Assembly: GCA_963932905.1 (NCBI GenBank)
Contig: CAWVRN010000011.1
Coordinates: 1-64,000, forward strand
DNA from: an uncultured Bdellovibrio sp.
Lineage (GTDB): Bacteria; Bdellovibrionota; Bdellovibrionia; Bdellovibrionales; Bdellovibrionaceae
Reading direction: 5' to 3'
Length of the DNA: 64,000 nucleotides
The notes beneath the pieces were generated by a model, which did no database searches, had not been told where the DNA came from, and saw nothing but the letters and a program-made list of their open reading frames with translations. Within the stretch, counting starts at the first letter, position 1; each line of letters begins with the position of its first letter. Positions 1 through 9,741 of this stretch are shown here, piece after piece. The position numbers were made by a program, and so were the translations under genes.

Positions 1-93
1 ACTGTCTTTCCAATAGATTTTAGCTTCTTAGCCGCAAGCTAAGGAGCCAGTTCTTGAATATGTTGACGGACAGGACAAAACCCAGGTTTAATT

Positions 94-924
94 TTGGTAA
101 CGATACAAATAGGGGGCGTGGTGATTCGACATATTCTTTTAGTATTATTATTTTCTGGTTTTGCATTTTCGGCGGGATTAAATCCATTCTATAGAGCGGG
201 AATTATCGGTGGCGACACAGTTAAAGACATAGACCCCGTTGCTAAAAGTACTGTGTTATTAATTGGAAAAATTGGACGTGGTTCATTTACATGTTCTGCG
301 GTTTTGATTGAACGCGATATACTTTTAACTGCTGGTCATTGCTTGGGCGCGCCGGGATGGGCAAAACTAGAGGCCCATTTCAAATTGGATAAAAAAAATA
401 GTGGACCGGTGATTCCAGTTGTTAAACAACTGCGTCCGTTTGTGACTCAAGCATTTGATCGCGCATCAGATCAGGATGATATTGCCGTGTTGAAATTAAA
501 AACACCAGCGCCAGCCAACTATCAGGTGGCAACAATGATTACAGACCCAAGCTTAATTAAAAACGGAATGACATTAATTCAAGCGGGCTATGGACGAAAC
601 GTAGTGAAAGATGGATTCATGGGAAAAACGGGCATCGGTACATTACGCCAGAAAAAACAAACAGTTATAAATTCCCATTACGGTCAAAAAGAGTTTCTAA
701 TGAGTATCGAGGGTGGAGGGGCATGCAAAGGGGATTCGGGTGGTCCAGCCTATTTGGAAATGAACGGACAACTGTATCTGGCTGGAATTGCTTCGCGCAT
801 GTCTAAAAATAATCGCGTCATGGAAAATGGTAAAGAAGAGTACTACTGTACCAAAGACATGATCTTTACATTCGTTCCAACTCAAATGAATTGGATTCAG
901 TCGAATATCCAAGCCATGAAATAA
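94..924 (+). CDS. Secreted trypsin-like serine protease (S1 family)
   Basis: Catalytic triad motifs LTAGHC, DDIAVLKL and GDSGGP; signal peptide followed by IIGG mature N-terminus. True start is probably GTG at ~118-121. Confidence 0.95.
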   Translation: MVTIQIGGVVIRHILLVLLFSGFAFSAGLNPFYRAGIIGGDTVKDIDPVAKSTVLLIGKIGRGSFTCSAVLIERDILLTAGHCLGAPGWAKLEAHFKLDKKNSGPVIPVVKQLRPFVTQAFDRASDQDDIAVLKLKTPAPANYQVATMITDPSLIKNGMTLIQAGYGRNVVKDGFMGKTGIGTLRQKKQTVINSHYGQKEFLMSIEGGGACKGDSGGPAYLEMNGQLYLAGIASRMSKNNRVMENGKEEYYCTKDMIFTFVPTQMNWIQSNIQAMK

Positions 925-979
925 ATTTCAGAGGGAAACTTGACAGTTAATCCATGCGCCTCAAGTTTAGAAGAAAGAG

Positions 980-1219
980 GTGTTCATGGATTACGTTTTA
1001 GCCGCCGTATTTATTGTATTAGTGATGTACGTATTTGATAAGGCGTGCCTATGGTTAGAACGTAAAGGTTGGCTGAATTACTCTCAGACCAAAAAATGTA
1101 ATGGTAAAAGTGTATTTAGTGATCTTAGTGACTATATGCAGCCTAAACATCAGACATGTAAAGCCAATGGGAAGCCCGAAGACGAGCGTCCCATTCCGAC
1201 ACGTTATTATTTAGAATAG
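980..1219 (+). CDS. Small membrane-anchored hypothetical protein
   Basis: 79-aa ORF with N-terminal hydrophobic helix; GAGG upstream of ATG 986. Confidence 0.7.
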   Translation: MFMDYVLAAVFIVLVMYVFDKACLWLERKGWLNYSQTKKCNGKSVFSDLSDYMQPKHQTCKANGKPEDERPIPTRYYLE

Positions 1220-1243
1220 TTTTTATAAGATAATAGGGGGCTA

Positions 1244-3634
1244 TTACTGGAATAGCACCCAAACGTCTGACAGCTCTCTAGAACCGCCGCAATCCAGAGC
1301 TCTAATATCAAGCATATAATCCAAATTTGTATCGGCTGCGCGAACGATATCGAGTGGAGCCACTGTAGCAGTTCCTGAAGGACCGAATGGTTTTAAAACT
1401 ACGGGCGAGTTTTTATATTTAATAGTCATAGCCTTTGAATCGACCACAGAATCGGCCGTACCATGAGCGCTGAAATGGGCTGGTTCTGGTGCCACTGCTT
1501 TTGGATAAAGACCAATCAAGGCAAAGTTATCAATCAAAATTGGGCTTGTATCATTAGAACCACCAGATAATTTAACTACGCGTGGACCAGCGAGCTTGAA
1601 ATTCAACAGGTCTTTGCTCATCGAATATGGATTTCTGGTCCCGCCACCATCATCGTGGTTGCGTGATACAACGTCGTTATCGAATGTCGTTGTTAAGTCC
1701 GATTCACCATTTTCAATTCCGCTGAAGATCTTCATCGCATAACAAATACCATTACCAGTACGCGCCGGAATTGATAGTGTTTTTGTGTAAGTGAGTTTTT
1801 GAATTGATAAACATTTAAAGTCGACACATTTGCCGTTCTCTTTAATTTTGTTGCCGCAATTAACTTCCGCTAGCACGGAAACTTTCATTGGCTGATCTAG
1901 TTTATCGAAACCTGTAATATCGCATCGAATATCTTCACTGACGACAAAGTTAACCGCGGATACGGCATCTTTAATAGTATCTGCAACGACGGCACTGCTA
2001 TCTGATGCCTTAACACATTTATAGCTTGGACTATACACTTGGGTTAATGAAATATTCAAAGTGCCTTTTCCATCCAACGCCACTGGGTTTTGTTGCATGC
2101 TTGCTAAGATTTTAGAATCTGGTGTGTTGTCGATAACCCAATAAATAGGGGCCGTGGTTGTTGTGTTACCAGCGCCATCAGTCGCAACAGCGATGAATGT
2201 GTATTTTATGTTTTGGTCAGACAGATTATTGTAAATAATTGTTTTGTTCGAACAGTCGGATACAGCGCCATTTAAACTACATTTGATATTGTTAATACCA
2301 TTAAGATCGGCGGCGCTTAAAACTATTGTTACCGATGTTGTTTTAATTCGGCCAGTTGGCGCAGATAAAATGGAAAGAGCGGGAGGCGTTGTATCAACAC
2401 TGAATTTATAACTTTGAGCTACTGATGCCACATTCGCAGAATTGATACCGTAAACAGAGAATAAATGCTCCTTGTCGGCTAAACCTTTATAACTAAACGG
2501 AGATGAACACGAAACCGCATCGGAACCATTTAGCGAACACATAAATTTAGTGATCGATTTACTGCCGCTAACACCAGTAAATTCAAAAGAAACATCTTTT
2601 AAATTACCCAATATTAATGGTGATTTTGTAATTGTAACTGATGGGACGCTGAGATCATTTTCATAGGACAAATTGGCACTAGCAGAATTGCCCGCCATAT
2701 CTACGGCCGCAACTTCAAATTTATAAATTCCGGAAGCTAAATCTTTATAATTAACTGTCAGGGATGAGCAATCTTTATAAGCCGTTTCTAATGGAGATAA
2801 ACGGCAACCTAGATTTTTAAGACCATTAGCTTCTACAATTGAAATTTTATACTGAGGACTACCGTTGGCAACGATCCCCACCGGTCCATTAATAGTGATA
2901 ACGGGAGCCGTACGATCAACGATAAATGATTCGATCACAGGAGTTGATTCATTGCCGGCCCGGTCGACCGCGCGAATAGATGCTGAATAACTATTCTCGG
3001 ATAAAGAATAAAAAGCAACCGCACTTGTGCATTCAGCTTCGGCACCATTCGAGCGTTTGCAGTACACTTTGCTTACACCACTGCCGTTTAAATCCGTCGC
3101 GTTAAAACCAATTTGTACGGATGCTGCCGTAGTGTACTTAGGTGCTGGGACTTCGATAGCAATCGTTGGAGCAATGTTATCGTGAATGATGCTGGCTTTG
3201 ATGCAATCAGATTCTGGAGCGCCAATTTTTCTGAATTTAGCGTACACAGAAACTTCTTTGTTTTCGGCAGATAGTACCCATGCTGATTTTTGTGAAAATG
3301 GAACCCAACCTCTTTCAGATTTACAATCAGCAGTATTTGAAATAATCATTTCTTCCGCGCCGACCGTGCCGGAACGTAACATGACATCAGTTGATTTTGT
3401 GAAGGCTTCGCCATTATTTATAACAAGTGAAGGATTTGAAATTAAAGTGACCGAATCAGGTGTATCAGAGCCGGGGGGATTGGTTGCTAAATCGCCAACC
3501 GCGGGATCTTCTTTAAGCGTGCTTTGCAAAGCGATTTCGCCTGGTTGCCCGCAGTTCTGGAAAAAAACTGCTAGGAATAAAAACGACCACAAAGTAGCAC
3601 AAATTCGCATTAGTAGTTTTTTATGTATTTTCAT
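1244..3634 (-). CDS. Ig-like repeat lipoprotein
   Basis: Lipobox-like FFQNC; repeated D.TAP...A.D.AGN bacterial Ig-like motifs; Cys-paired repeats. Confidence 0.85.
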   Translation of the reverse strand: MKIHKKLLMRICATLWSFLFLAVFFQNCGQPGEIALQSTLKEDPAVGDLATNPPGSDTPDSVTLISNPSLVINNGEAFTKSTDVMLRSGTVGAEEMIISNTADCKSERGWVPFSQKSAWVLSAENKEVSVYAKFRKIGAPESDCIKASIIHDNIAPTIAIEVPAPKYTTAASVQIGFNATDLNGSGVSKVYCKRSNGAEAECTSAVAFYSLSENSYSASIRAVDRAGNESTPVIESFIVDRTAPVITINGPVGIVANGSPQYKISIVEANGLKNLGCRLSPLETAYKDCSSLTVNYKDLASGIYKFEVAAVDMAGNSASANLSYENDLSVPSVTITKSPLILGNLKDVSFEFTGVSGSKSITKFMCSLNGSDAVSCSSPFSYKGLADKEHLFSVYGINSANVASVAQSYKFSVDTTPPALSILSAPTGRIKTTSVTIVLSAADLNGINNIKCSLNGAVSDCSNKTIIYNNLSDQNIKYTFIAVATDGAGNTTTTAPIYWVIDNTPDSKILASMQQNPVALDGKGTLNISLTQVYSPSYKCVKASDSSAVVADTIKDAVSAVNFVVSEDIRCDITGFDKLDQPMKVSVLAEVNCGNKIKENGKCVDFKCLSIQKLTYTKTLSIPARTGNGICYAMKIFSGIENGESDLTTTFDNDVVSRNHDDGGGTRNPYSMSKDLLNFKLAGPRVVKLSGGSNDTSPILIDNFALIGLYPKAVAPEPAHFSAHGTADSVVDSKAMTIKYKNSPVVLKPFGPSGTATVAPLDIVRAADTNLDYMLDIRALDCGGSRELSDVWVLFQ

Positions 3635-3837
3635 TTCCCACCCAGTAATAGGATAGCGCTAGTTATTGATTTTTCGTAATTTTTTGCCGACAAATACAAG
3701 TATGAGACGCCAATTTTTCTATGCTGTCTCGATACGAGATGTTCATTTAAATATTTTATTTCAAATGACAATCATATTTCTAGAAGTGAATAAAAATCAT
3801 TCAAAACGAGTTGAACTAAATTGGCGTACGGACTAAG

Positions 3838-4497
3838 TTGAGGTTCGTGGCTTCCATCAATTTATATCCAACGTTTACCTATTCGCAGCCTAAGGAATAT
3901 CATTTTTCCCACGACTCGGTATTTTTAGCTCGGCGAGCATTCGAATATCTTCGTGAAAACAAAATCACCGTTGCGACAGCGCTTGATTTATGTGCGGGGT
4001 GTGGAGTGATTGGCCTTGATTTCCTGTTTCATCTGCGAGCAGAGGGGATGCCAGTACCACGCGTTTTTGATTTTTTGGAAGTGCAAGATCAATATGAAAC
4101 ACATTTCAAAACTAATGTGACCACGCTTGGGGTGATTGAAACACGCCTTCAATTTATTAAAGGCAACTATGGGCAGAAGTTAAATTCTGACTTATCGACT
4201 TACTACGATTTGATTGTATGTAATCCGCCGTATTTTTCAAAAGAGCAGGGGAAACTGCCGACGTCTGATTTGAAATTGCGATCCCGTTTTTTTATCGATT
4301 CCGATTTGCCCTCGCTAATTGAATTCATATATGAACGACTGTCACCGACGGGTAAGGCATTCGTGCTGATTCGCAACCAGCTTGAACATAAGCAAGATCA
4401 GTTAGCTGCCGTATTGGGACTGTGCAAAGAAAAGCTGAATATTCAATTGATGGATGATGTTCGAGGCACTAACGTGGTTCTACTGTCAAAGATTTAA
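3838..4497 (+). CDS. SAM-dependent N6-adenine methyltransferase, TrmN6/YfiC-like
   Basis: Motif I LDLCAGCGVIG, motif IV NPPYF, N-terminal QP..Y.FS.DSV.LA typical of tRNA1(Val) m6A37 methylases. Confidence 0.8.
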   Translation: MRFVASINLYPTFTYSQPKEYHFSHDSVFLARRAFEYLRENKITVATALDLCAGCGVIGLDFLFHLRAEGMPVPRVFDFLEVQDQYETHFKTNVTTLGVIETRLQFIKGNYGQKLNSDLSTYYDLIVCNPPYFSKEQGKLPTSDLKLRSRFFIDSDLPSLIEFIYERLSPTGKAFVLIRNQLEHKQDQLAAVLGLCKEKLNIQLMDDVRGTNVVLLSKI

Positions 4498-4532
4498 TAT
4501 GGAGCAGAGTCGGGGATGGGCCTGACAAAAAG

Positions 4533-4763
4533 TTAGCTTTCGATTTTTTCTTTTTCAGGTGTTTTGTTCGGGATCTGTTGAACCGGAGTATGGGATATTT
4601 CTTTTACCTCCGGTTTTTGGTTATCGATATCAGAAATACCTTTTTTGAAATCTCGGATAGCTTCCCCTAAAGATTTACCGAGGCCTGGCAGTTTTGATGG
4701 CCCGAAAAAAATTAATATAATGATTAGAACAATCGCCCAGTGTGTGAGACTCATTTCACCCAT
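4533..4763 (-). CDS. tatA: Twin-arginine translocase TatA/TatE subunit
   Basis: MGEMSLTHWAIVLIIILIFFGPSKLPGLGKSLGEAIRDFKK signature; GAGGT RBS before ATG at 4763. Confidence 0.93.
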   Translation of the reverse strand: MGEMSLTHWAIVLIIILIFFGPSKLPGLGKSLGEAIRDFKKGISDIDNQKPEVKEISHTPVQQIPNKTPEKEKIES

Positions 4764-4887
4764 AGTAGTAACCTCGCTGACTATCGTTGAAACCTCTATT
4801 CCAAATAGAGTCAAGTATCTGCTTATTAAGATTTCTCCTTATCCTTAGGCTGGGTAGCAGATCGGTTACGACTGTTTTAAGTCAGAA

Positions 4888-5394
4888 CTATGTTCTGAAA
4901 GGCATTTGGCCAAGATAATCTTTTTTACCGATATCGAGTCCATTGTGTCTTAGAATTTCATAGGCCACAGATATGTGGAAATACAGATTAGGGATTGTGT
5001 GTTGAATTAGGTATTCGTGTCCCAACAAATATTTGTTTTCCCAACGTGGCGTCGTGATTTTACGTTCATGTGCCCCAGCGAAGTCTTTTTCAGTGATCGT
5101 CGCTAAGAAATTAACTACATCCGCGATACGAGTTCTTAATTGAGGCAATGTCGTTTCTTTGTCGTCATGTACAGGGGCGTCTTTGCCAGTCAGTTTCGCT
5201 ACACCTATTTTCGCAGTGTCCGTGGCGATCTGAATTTGCCTTAAAAGATTAAACTGGTCTGGAGCCAAACGGGATTGAAGAAGTACTTCAATTTCGATCT
5301 TTTTAGATTCAGCATAAGGAATCGCTTTACCCAAGATGGCATCAAGGTTTTTAAGCATTTTAGTGAATTGAGGAACCGTAATTTCATAAATCAT
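4888..5394 (-). CDS. DUF1993 family protein (DinB-like fold)
   Basis: RLAPDQF.L..QIQIA.D and PN.YFH...AY.ILRHNG.DIGK.DYLG motifs; GGAG RBS supports ATG at 5394. Confidence 0.9.
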   Translation of the reverse strand: MIYEITVPQFTKMLKNLDAILGKAIPYAESKKIEIEVLLQSRLAPDQFNLLRQIQIATDTAKIGVAKLTGKDAPVHDDKETTLPQLRTRIADVVNFLATITEKDFAGAHERKITTPRWENKYLLGHEYLIQHTIPNLYFHISVAYEILRHNGLDIGKKDYLGQMPFRT

Positions 5395-5489
5395 TGAAGT
5401 GGTCTCCAGTTTAGGTTTGGTTGGTATAGATTTCATACTATATAGGCCAGGGAATAGCTAGAAGCATTTGAAAGTTTAATTGCACCGGA

Positions 5490-7064
5490 CTAAGAAGAAA
5501 TCGTCAAACTTCCGGAACGAAAATTGACTCGAATGATCTCTCTAAATGCTATTTTTAGATTTACATTGGCATCAATAGAGTTAGTTTTTTTTATCTGATA
5601 TCCAATTTCAAATAAAAGACTCCATTGCTTAAACAGAACCTTATAGGCGTCTAAAAGTTTAGTGTTAGAATCCCAAATATGAGTTGCTTCAGATCCGGCT
5701 CCGTTGATTTCAACAATTTCAAATTTTCCATTTTTCAGGGCGACGGAATTTTCGTAACGGACATCGAAGCGTCCGAAATAGAAATGGGGGATGCTTTGGG
5801 AAATAACCTCTACCGCGTCCAAAAGTTTTTCGGTCATTAAATGATTTCCATTTTTAAAAATAGCACCTTGGCAATGATTTCCGCATTCGGACAAAAATAC
5901 GACAGAGTTTTCTTTTGGAACTTCATCCAATCGGTTTCGCCAGCGACTGAAGTAAGTCGAAGCGATGATTCGTGCGCGTGGGTCTTTTAAAATAAGCTCA
6001 CCCAATGAATTTTTTCCGTTAGCCAAAACAAAGGGAAATTCTTTATCTGTAATTGAAAAAAGGAAACCTTTTTCTGCGGATGGATCACGGACATAAAAAA
6101 TTCCAGCCTCTTTTGGTAAACGACTTAGCTTTTGAGCGATCAGATCAAATTGGCTTTGTAGTAAATATTCCGCTAAGTCAAATTCATCTTTGATGATTCT
6201 GACCGCAAAGCCACGTTGCCCCACATCCGGCTTCAAAATAAATGGAAAACTGAAGTCATTGTTAGCAAGAAGTTGCATGAATTCGTTAAAATTAGTACCT
6301 GCTGAAACTTTGAACGCTCGTAACGTCGATAATTGGTTTGGATCTAAATATTTTAGAAAATCCCATTTGGATTCGCCGATCAGACCGGAATTTAATATTT
6401 TAGGATTGGTATAAAAAGGATTCAAAAAGCTCCGATAGCGGAAAGAAAAATAGACATAATAAAACACGACGGGAATATAGAAAAACCATGCGGGCCAAAA
6501 CTCAAAATGAAGCCATTTTCGCCAAGAGTGCATTAGAGCTTTGCGTTCCCATTTATCGGCTAATTTTGGAATCAAAATTTTTGCGCAGTAAAGTATTGTA
6601 GTCAGGACAAGCAAACTTAACCAAAAATAGTCCATCAGGAAATAATGAACTGTTTTACCGGCCGCCAAAGCGACGGCTACCCAAATGCCAACGCTGATAA
6701 AAGTTAAATAGGAAAACCGGAGTGCTGAATACTTTATAATTCCGGCCGCAACATAGGTAGGTAGTCGAGCTCCAGGAATTAATCTTGAAATGAATATCAA
6801 ATAGTTAAGCGCATTTGATGATTTGATTTTTAATAGGGCTGCTTGTATGTTCGGCGACGAATTGATTTTTTTACCTAAACCAATTTGTGAAGCGTGTCGT
6901 CCCAAAAAATAAAGTCCAATGTCACCGATTGAGATCCCTAAAAAACAGGCTAAAAATCCACTTGTCGTACTAATTTTTCCTTCGCTGATTAAAGCAATGC
7001 AACTAACCAGTGCGACGTCTTCTAAAATGAAAGTTCCTATAAATAGACTTAACAGATATTCCAT
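5490..7064 (-). CDS. DedA/VTT membrane domain fused to ATP-grasp (carboxylate-amine ligase-like) domain
   Basis: N-terminal TFILED...GDIGLY.LGR...SRLIPGARLPTY.AAG (DedA); C-terminal FPFILKPDVGQRG, FGRFDVRY, EINGAGSE (ATP-grasp). Start taken at ATG 7064. Confidence 0.85.
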   Translation of the reverse strand: MEYLLSLFIGTFILEDVALVSCIALISEGKISTTSGFLACFLGISIGDIGLYFLGRHASQIGLGKKINSSPNIQAALLKIKSSNALNYLIFISRLIPGARLPTYVAAGIIKYSALRFSYLTFISVGIWVAVALAAGKTVHYFLMDYFWLSLLVLTTILYCAKILIPKLADKWERKALMHSWRKWLHFEFWPAWFFYIPVVFYYVYFSFRYRSFLNPFYTNPKILNSGLIGESKWDFLKYLDPNQLSTLRAFKVSAGTNFNEFMQLLANNDFSFPFILKPDVGQRGFAVRIIKDEFDLAEYLLQSQFDLIAQKLSRLPKEAGIFYVRDPSAEKGFLFSITDKEFPFVLANGKNSLGELILKDPRARIIASTYFSRWRNRLDEVPKENSVVFLSECGNHCQGAIFKNGNHLMTEKLLDAVEVISQSIPHFYFGRFDVRYENSVALKNGKFEIVEINGAGSEATHIWDSNTKLLDAYKVLFKQWSLLFEIGYQIKKTNSIDANVNLKIAFREIIRVNFRSGSLTISS

Positions 7065-7074
7065 ACTTCCTATG

Positions 7075-7101
7075 AGTGTTGCAGAGGTTACTTTCGTTAC
7101 A
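7075..7101 (-). promoter_or_regulatory. Putative ECF-sigma promoter for the DedA-ATP-grasp gene
   Basis: TGTAA-N17-ACACT on the minus strand; identical boxes and spacing to the motif at 7162-7188. Confidence 0.6.
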
Positions 7102-7161
7102 AAAACAACCAAATTTAAAAAAAGTGAGCTATATTAGGCTGTTAGGATCACAAAATATCTT

Positions 7162-7188
7162 TGTAATGTTTTGGGGGCCACCGACACT
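7162..7188 (+). promoter_or_regulatory. Putative ECF-sigma promoter for the YHS-DoxX-CDO/decarboxylase-sigma operon
   Basis: TGTAA(7162-66)-N17-ACACT(7184-88), 32 nt upstream of the first gene. Confidence 0.6.
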
Positions 7189-7220
7189 AACCTCCATATA
7201 ATGTAGAATGGAGGAATTCT

Positions 7221-7685
7221 TTGAGACAACTTTTGGTGGTATTTGCGTTTTTTTTATCACTATGTGCTTATTCGAAATCAGTCGCGAACCTCAACAAAGA
7301 GGGCGTGATTCTAAATGGATATGATGTGGTATCTTACTTTCAAGGTGATCAACCTAAATTAGGGGTACCTCAATATCAAACGACCCATGACGAAGCGATC
7401 TATTGGTTTGAGAGTCATGAAAACAAATCTCGGTTTTTAAAAGACCCCAATAAATATACCCCCCAATTTGGAGGATGGTGTGCCTATGCTGTTGCGGATT
7501 CAAAATCTAAAGTCGAGGTCGATCCAAAGAGCTTTTTAATTCAAGACGGTAGATTGCTAGTTTTTTATAATGGCTTTTTGGCCGATACTCGAAAAAAATG
7601 GCAAAACACCAAAAATAAAGATCCAAAAACATTTCTGAGAGAAGCTGATGCCAATTGGCCGTCTGTAAAATCAAAGGAGCCATAA
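7221..7685 (+). CDS. Periplasmic YHS-domain protein (YHS selenoprotein-like family, Cys form)
   Basis: Signal peptide; GYDVVSYF, F..DP.KY.PQFGGWCAYAV, IQDGRL..F, ADANWP motifs; GGAGG RBS with TTG start. Confidence 0.88.
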   Translation: MRQLLVVFAFFLSLCAYSKSVANLNKEGVILNGYDVVSYFQGDQPKLGVPQYQTTHDEAIYWFESHENKSRFLKDPNKYTPQFGGWCAYAVADSKSKVEVDPKSFLIQDGRLLVFYNGFLADTRKKWQNTKNKDPKTFLREADANWPSVKSKEP

Positions 7686-7687
7686 AT

Positions 7688-8101
7688 ATGAAAGCGAAAG
7701 TCTTACTTGTGTTACGAGTTGTGGCCGCGATTATTTTGCTTCAAACTCTGTATTTTAAATTTACGGGAGCTCCCGAATCTATCTTTATATTTACAAAAAT
7801 GGGTATTGAGCCTTGGGGCCGCTGGTTTTCAGGAATTATCGAGTTGGTAGCCGCGGCATTGCTGGTCCTGCCGGGAACTCAAATGCTTGGGGCACTGATA
7901 TCTTTAGGTGTAATGTCCGGTGCGATTATGAGCCATCTCCTTGTTTTAGGTTTAGTGATTGAAGATGATGGTGGATTGTTGTTTGGTTTGGCGTGCACGG
8001 TGTTTATTTTTAGCCTATTGGTCCTTGTTGTCAAAAGAGACCAATTGAAAATTTTGGTTAATCGATTGGCTAAATTAATTCTTAAAAAGAAAACAGAATA
8101 A
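7688..8101 (+). CDS. DoxX-family membrane protein
   Basis: ILLQTLYFKFTGAPES..IF..MG.EPWGR...G.IEL, GAI.SHL..LG; four hydrophobic segments; AAGGAG RBS before ATG 7688. Confidence 0.88.
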   Translation: MKAKVLLVLRVVAAIILLQTLYFKFTGAPESIFIFTKMGIEPWGRWFSGIIELVAAALLVLPGTQMLGALISLGVMSGAIMSHLLVLGLVIEDDGGLLFGLACTVFIFSLLVLVVKRDQLKILVNRLAKLILKKKTE

Positions 8102-8109
8102 GAGGATTT

Positions 8110-9741
8110 ATGGCAGAACATAGTTATGACAATAGTTATAAACGGACTGTGCTATTTGAATCAGATGCTTTTGAAGTCGTTTCGATTGAATGGTTCAAGG
8201 ACAGTTTTTCGCCAGAACATAATCATGGTTGGAGTCAGTGTTCCGTTCTGGTTCAAGACGGTTTGTTTGAAAATACTTTGGACATGGGTGGGAAAATTGA
8301 AATTCAATTGGCTGAGGTTGGTCAAGTGATTACAACCCCTATCGGCGCTAAACATGGGCTACGCTGTCTTTCTAATGGTGGAAAAACTTTGCATGTGTAC
8401 ACACCAAAAATCGAGTCACGTAAAATCGAAGGTCGATTTCACGCGCCTATTCAGAATTTGAATGCCAGTGAACTAAAACTATCGGAACCCATGCGAATCA
8501 ATGAATTGAAATCCCTTCTAAATCGGATTCAAAGTCTTTCCATTTCAACACATTCGCCTTACTTTATGAATCAGCTTTTTTCTGGGATTATGCCTCAGAT
8601 GTTGATGGCCGAGTCTTTAATCGCTCAAACACGAACGACGTTGGCGACTCAAGAAGCCAGTCCGGTATTTTCAAAAATTGAAGAAGAAGTGATTGATGAG
8701 CTTGGCAATTTAATTGGGTGGCCAAAAACAAAACGCGACGGTGTCAACGTGCCCGGAGGTAGTGCCGCTAATTTTATGGCGATTCACTGCGCGCGCCAAA
8801 AAAAGTTTCCAGAATACAAAAAAACGGGAACCACCAGCGGCGGGCTACGAATATATGTCTCTGATCAGGCCCATTACTCGTTTAAAAAAGCTGCTGTGAC
8901 TTTGGGTATAGGCTCTGACAACGTCATTTCAATTGGCTCTGATGAGAGAGGTCGATTGCGGGTTGAGCTTTTAGCCAAACAAATCAAAGCCGACATAGAA
9001 GCTGGAAAAACTCCGTTGATTGTCGTCGCAACGGCAGGTACAACAGTTTTAGGGGCGTTCGATCCTATCGAGGAAATAGAAAAAATTTGTCGTGCTCATT
9101 CTATCTGGTTACATGTTGATGGAGCCTGGGGTGGTCCCGCGTTATTTTCTGACAATACTAAACAGTTGTTAAGTGGAATTAGTTTAGCGGATTCCGTTAC
9201 CTTTGATGCTCACAAATTGTTTGGGGCGAGTTTAACATGTAGTTTTATACTTACTAAGCACGTCGGTCTTTTGCGGGAGTCCAATGATGTTTCCGGTGGC
9301 GATTATCTGTTTCATCCAACCGACACTTCTGTTGATCGAGGAAAATTGTCTTGGCAATGTGGTCGCGGTGCCGACGCTATGAGTTTTTGGACCATTTGGA
9401 AAAGTTACGGAACTCAAGGTTTAGGTAACTTGGTCGATAGTCTAATTCAAATCAGACAAGAAACTGAAAGCTGGGTTAAGGAACAGCCGAGGTTAGAACT
9501 CGTCGCAGAGGCATCATTTCTAAATTTATGCGTGCGAATTAGACCGCCCATTGATCAAGCTGTATTAGATGCAAAGCAGTGGTCTAAAACCGTTCGGGAA
9601 AAGCTAATAAAAGATGATTTAGCCATGGTGAATTACTCTGAAAATGAAAATGGCACATTTCTGAGATTGATTTATGCTCACCCTGAATTAGAATTTGAGC
9701 ATGTGAAGCAAATATTAAAATGGTCGTTAGAGGTGAAATGA
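8110..9741 (+). CDS. Cysteine dioxygenase-like cupin fused to group II PLP-dependent decarboxylase (CSAD/GAD-like)
   Basis: First ~100 aa: YKR, HNHGWSQC, H, LHVYTP (CDO-type motifs). Remainder: NQLFSG, PGGSAAN, HYS, TAGTT..GAFDP, HVDGAWGG, DAHK (PLP lysine). Confidence 0.85.
   Translation: MAEHSYDNSYKRTVLFESDAFEVVSIEWFKDSFSPEHNHGWSQCSVLVQDGLFENTLDMGGKIEIQLAEVGQVITTPIGAKHGLRCLSNGGKTLHVYTPKIESRKIEGRFHAPIQNLNASELKLSEPMRINELKSLLNRIQSLSISTHSPYFMNQLFSGIMPQMLMAESLIAQTRTTLATQEASPVFSKIEEEVIDELGNLIGWPKTKRDGVNVPGGSAANFMAIHCARQKKFPEYKKTGTTSGGLRIYVSDQAHYSFKKAAVTLGIGSDNVISIGSDERGRLRVELLAKQIKADIEAGKTPLIVVATAGTTVLGAFDPIEEIEKICRAHSIWLHVDGAWGGPALFSDNTKQLLSGISLADSVTFDAHKLFGASLTCSFILTKHVGLLRESNDVSGGDYLFHPTDTSVDRGKLSWQCGRGADAMSFWTIWKSYGTQGLGNLVDSLIQIRQETESWVKEQPRLELVAEASFLNLCVRIRPPIDQAVLDAKQWSKTVREKLIKDDLAMVNYSENENGTFLRLIYAHPELEFEHVKQILKWSLEVK

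Noticed and set aside
3186..3656. 156-aa + strand ORF and the many similar 60-140 aa antisense ORFs in the track
   Set aside because: They lie opposite well-supported genes and show no motifs or RBS.
7221..7685. Selenocysteine recoding in the YHS protein
   Set aside because: The relevant position is TGT (Cys) in GGWCAY; no in-frame TGA.
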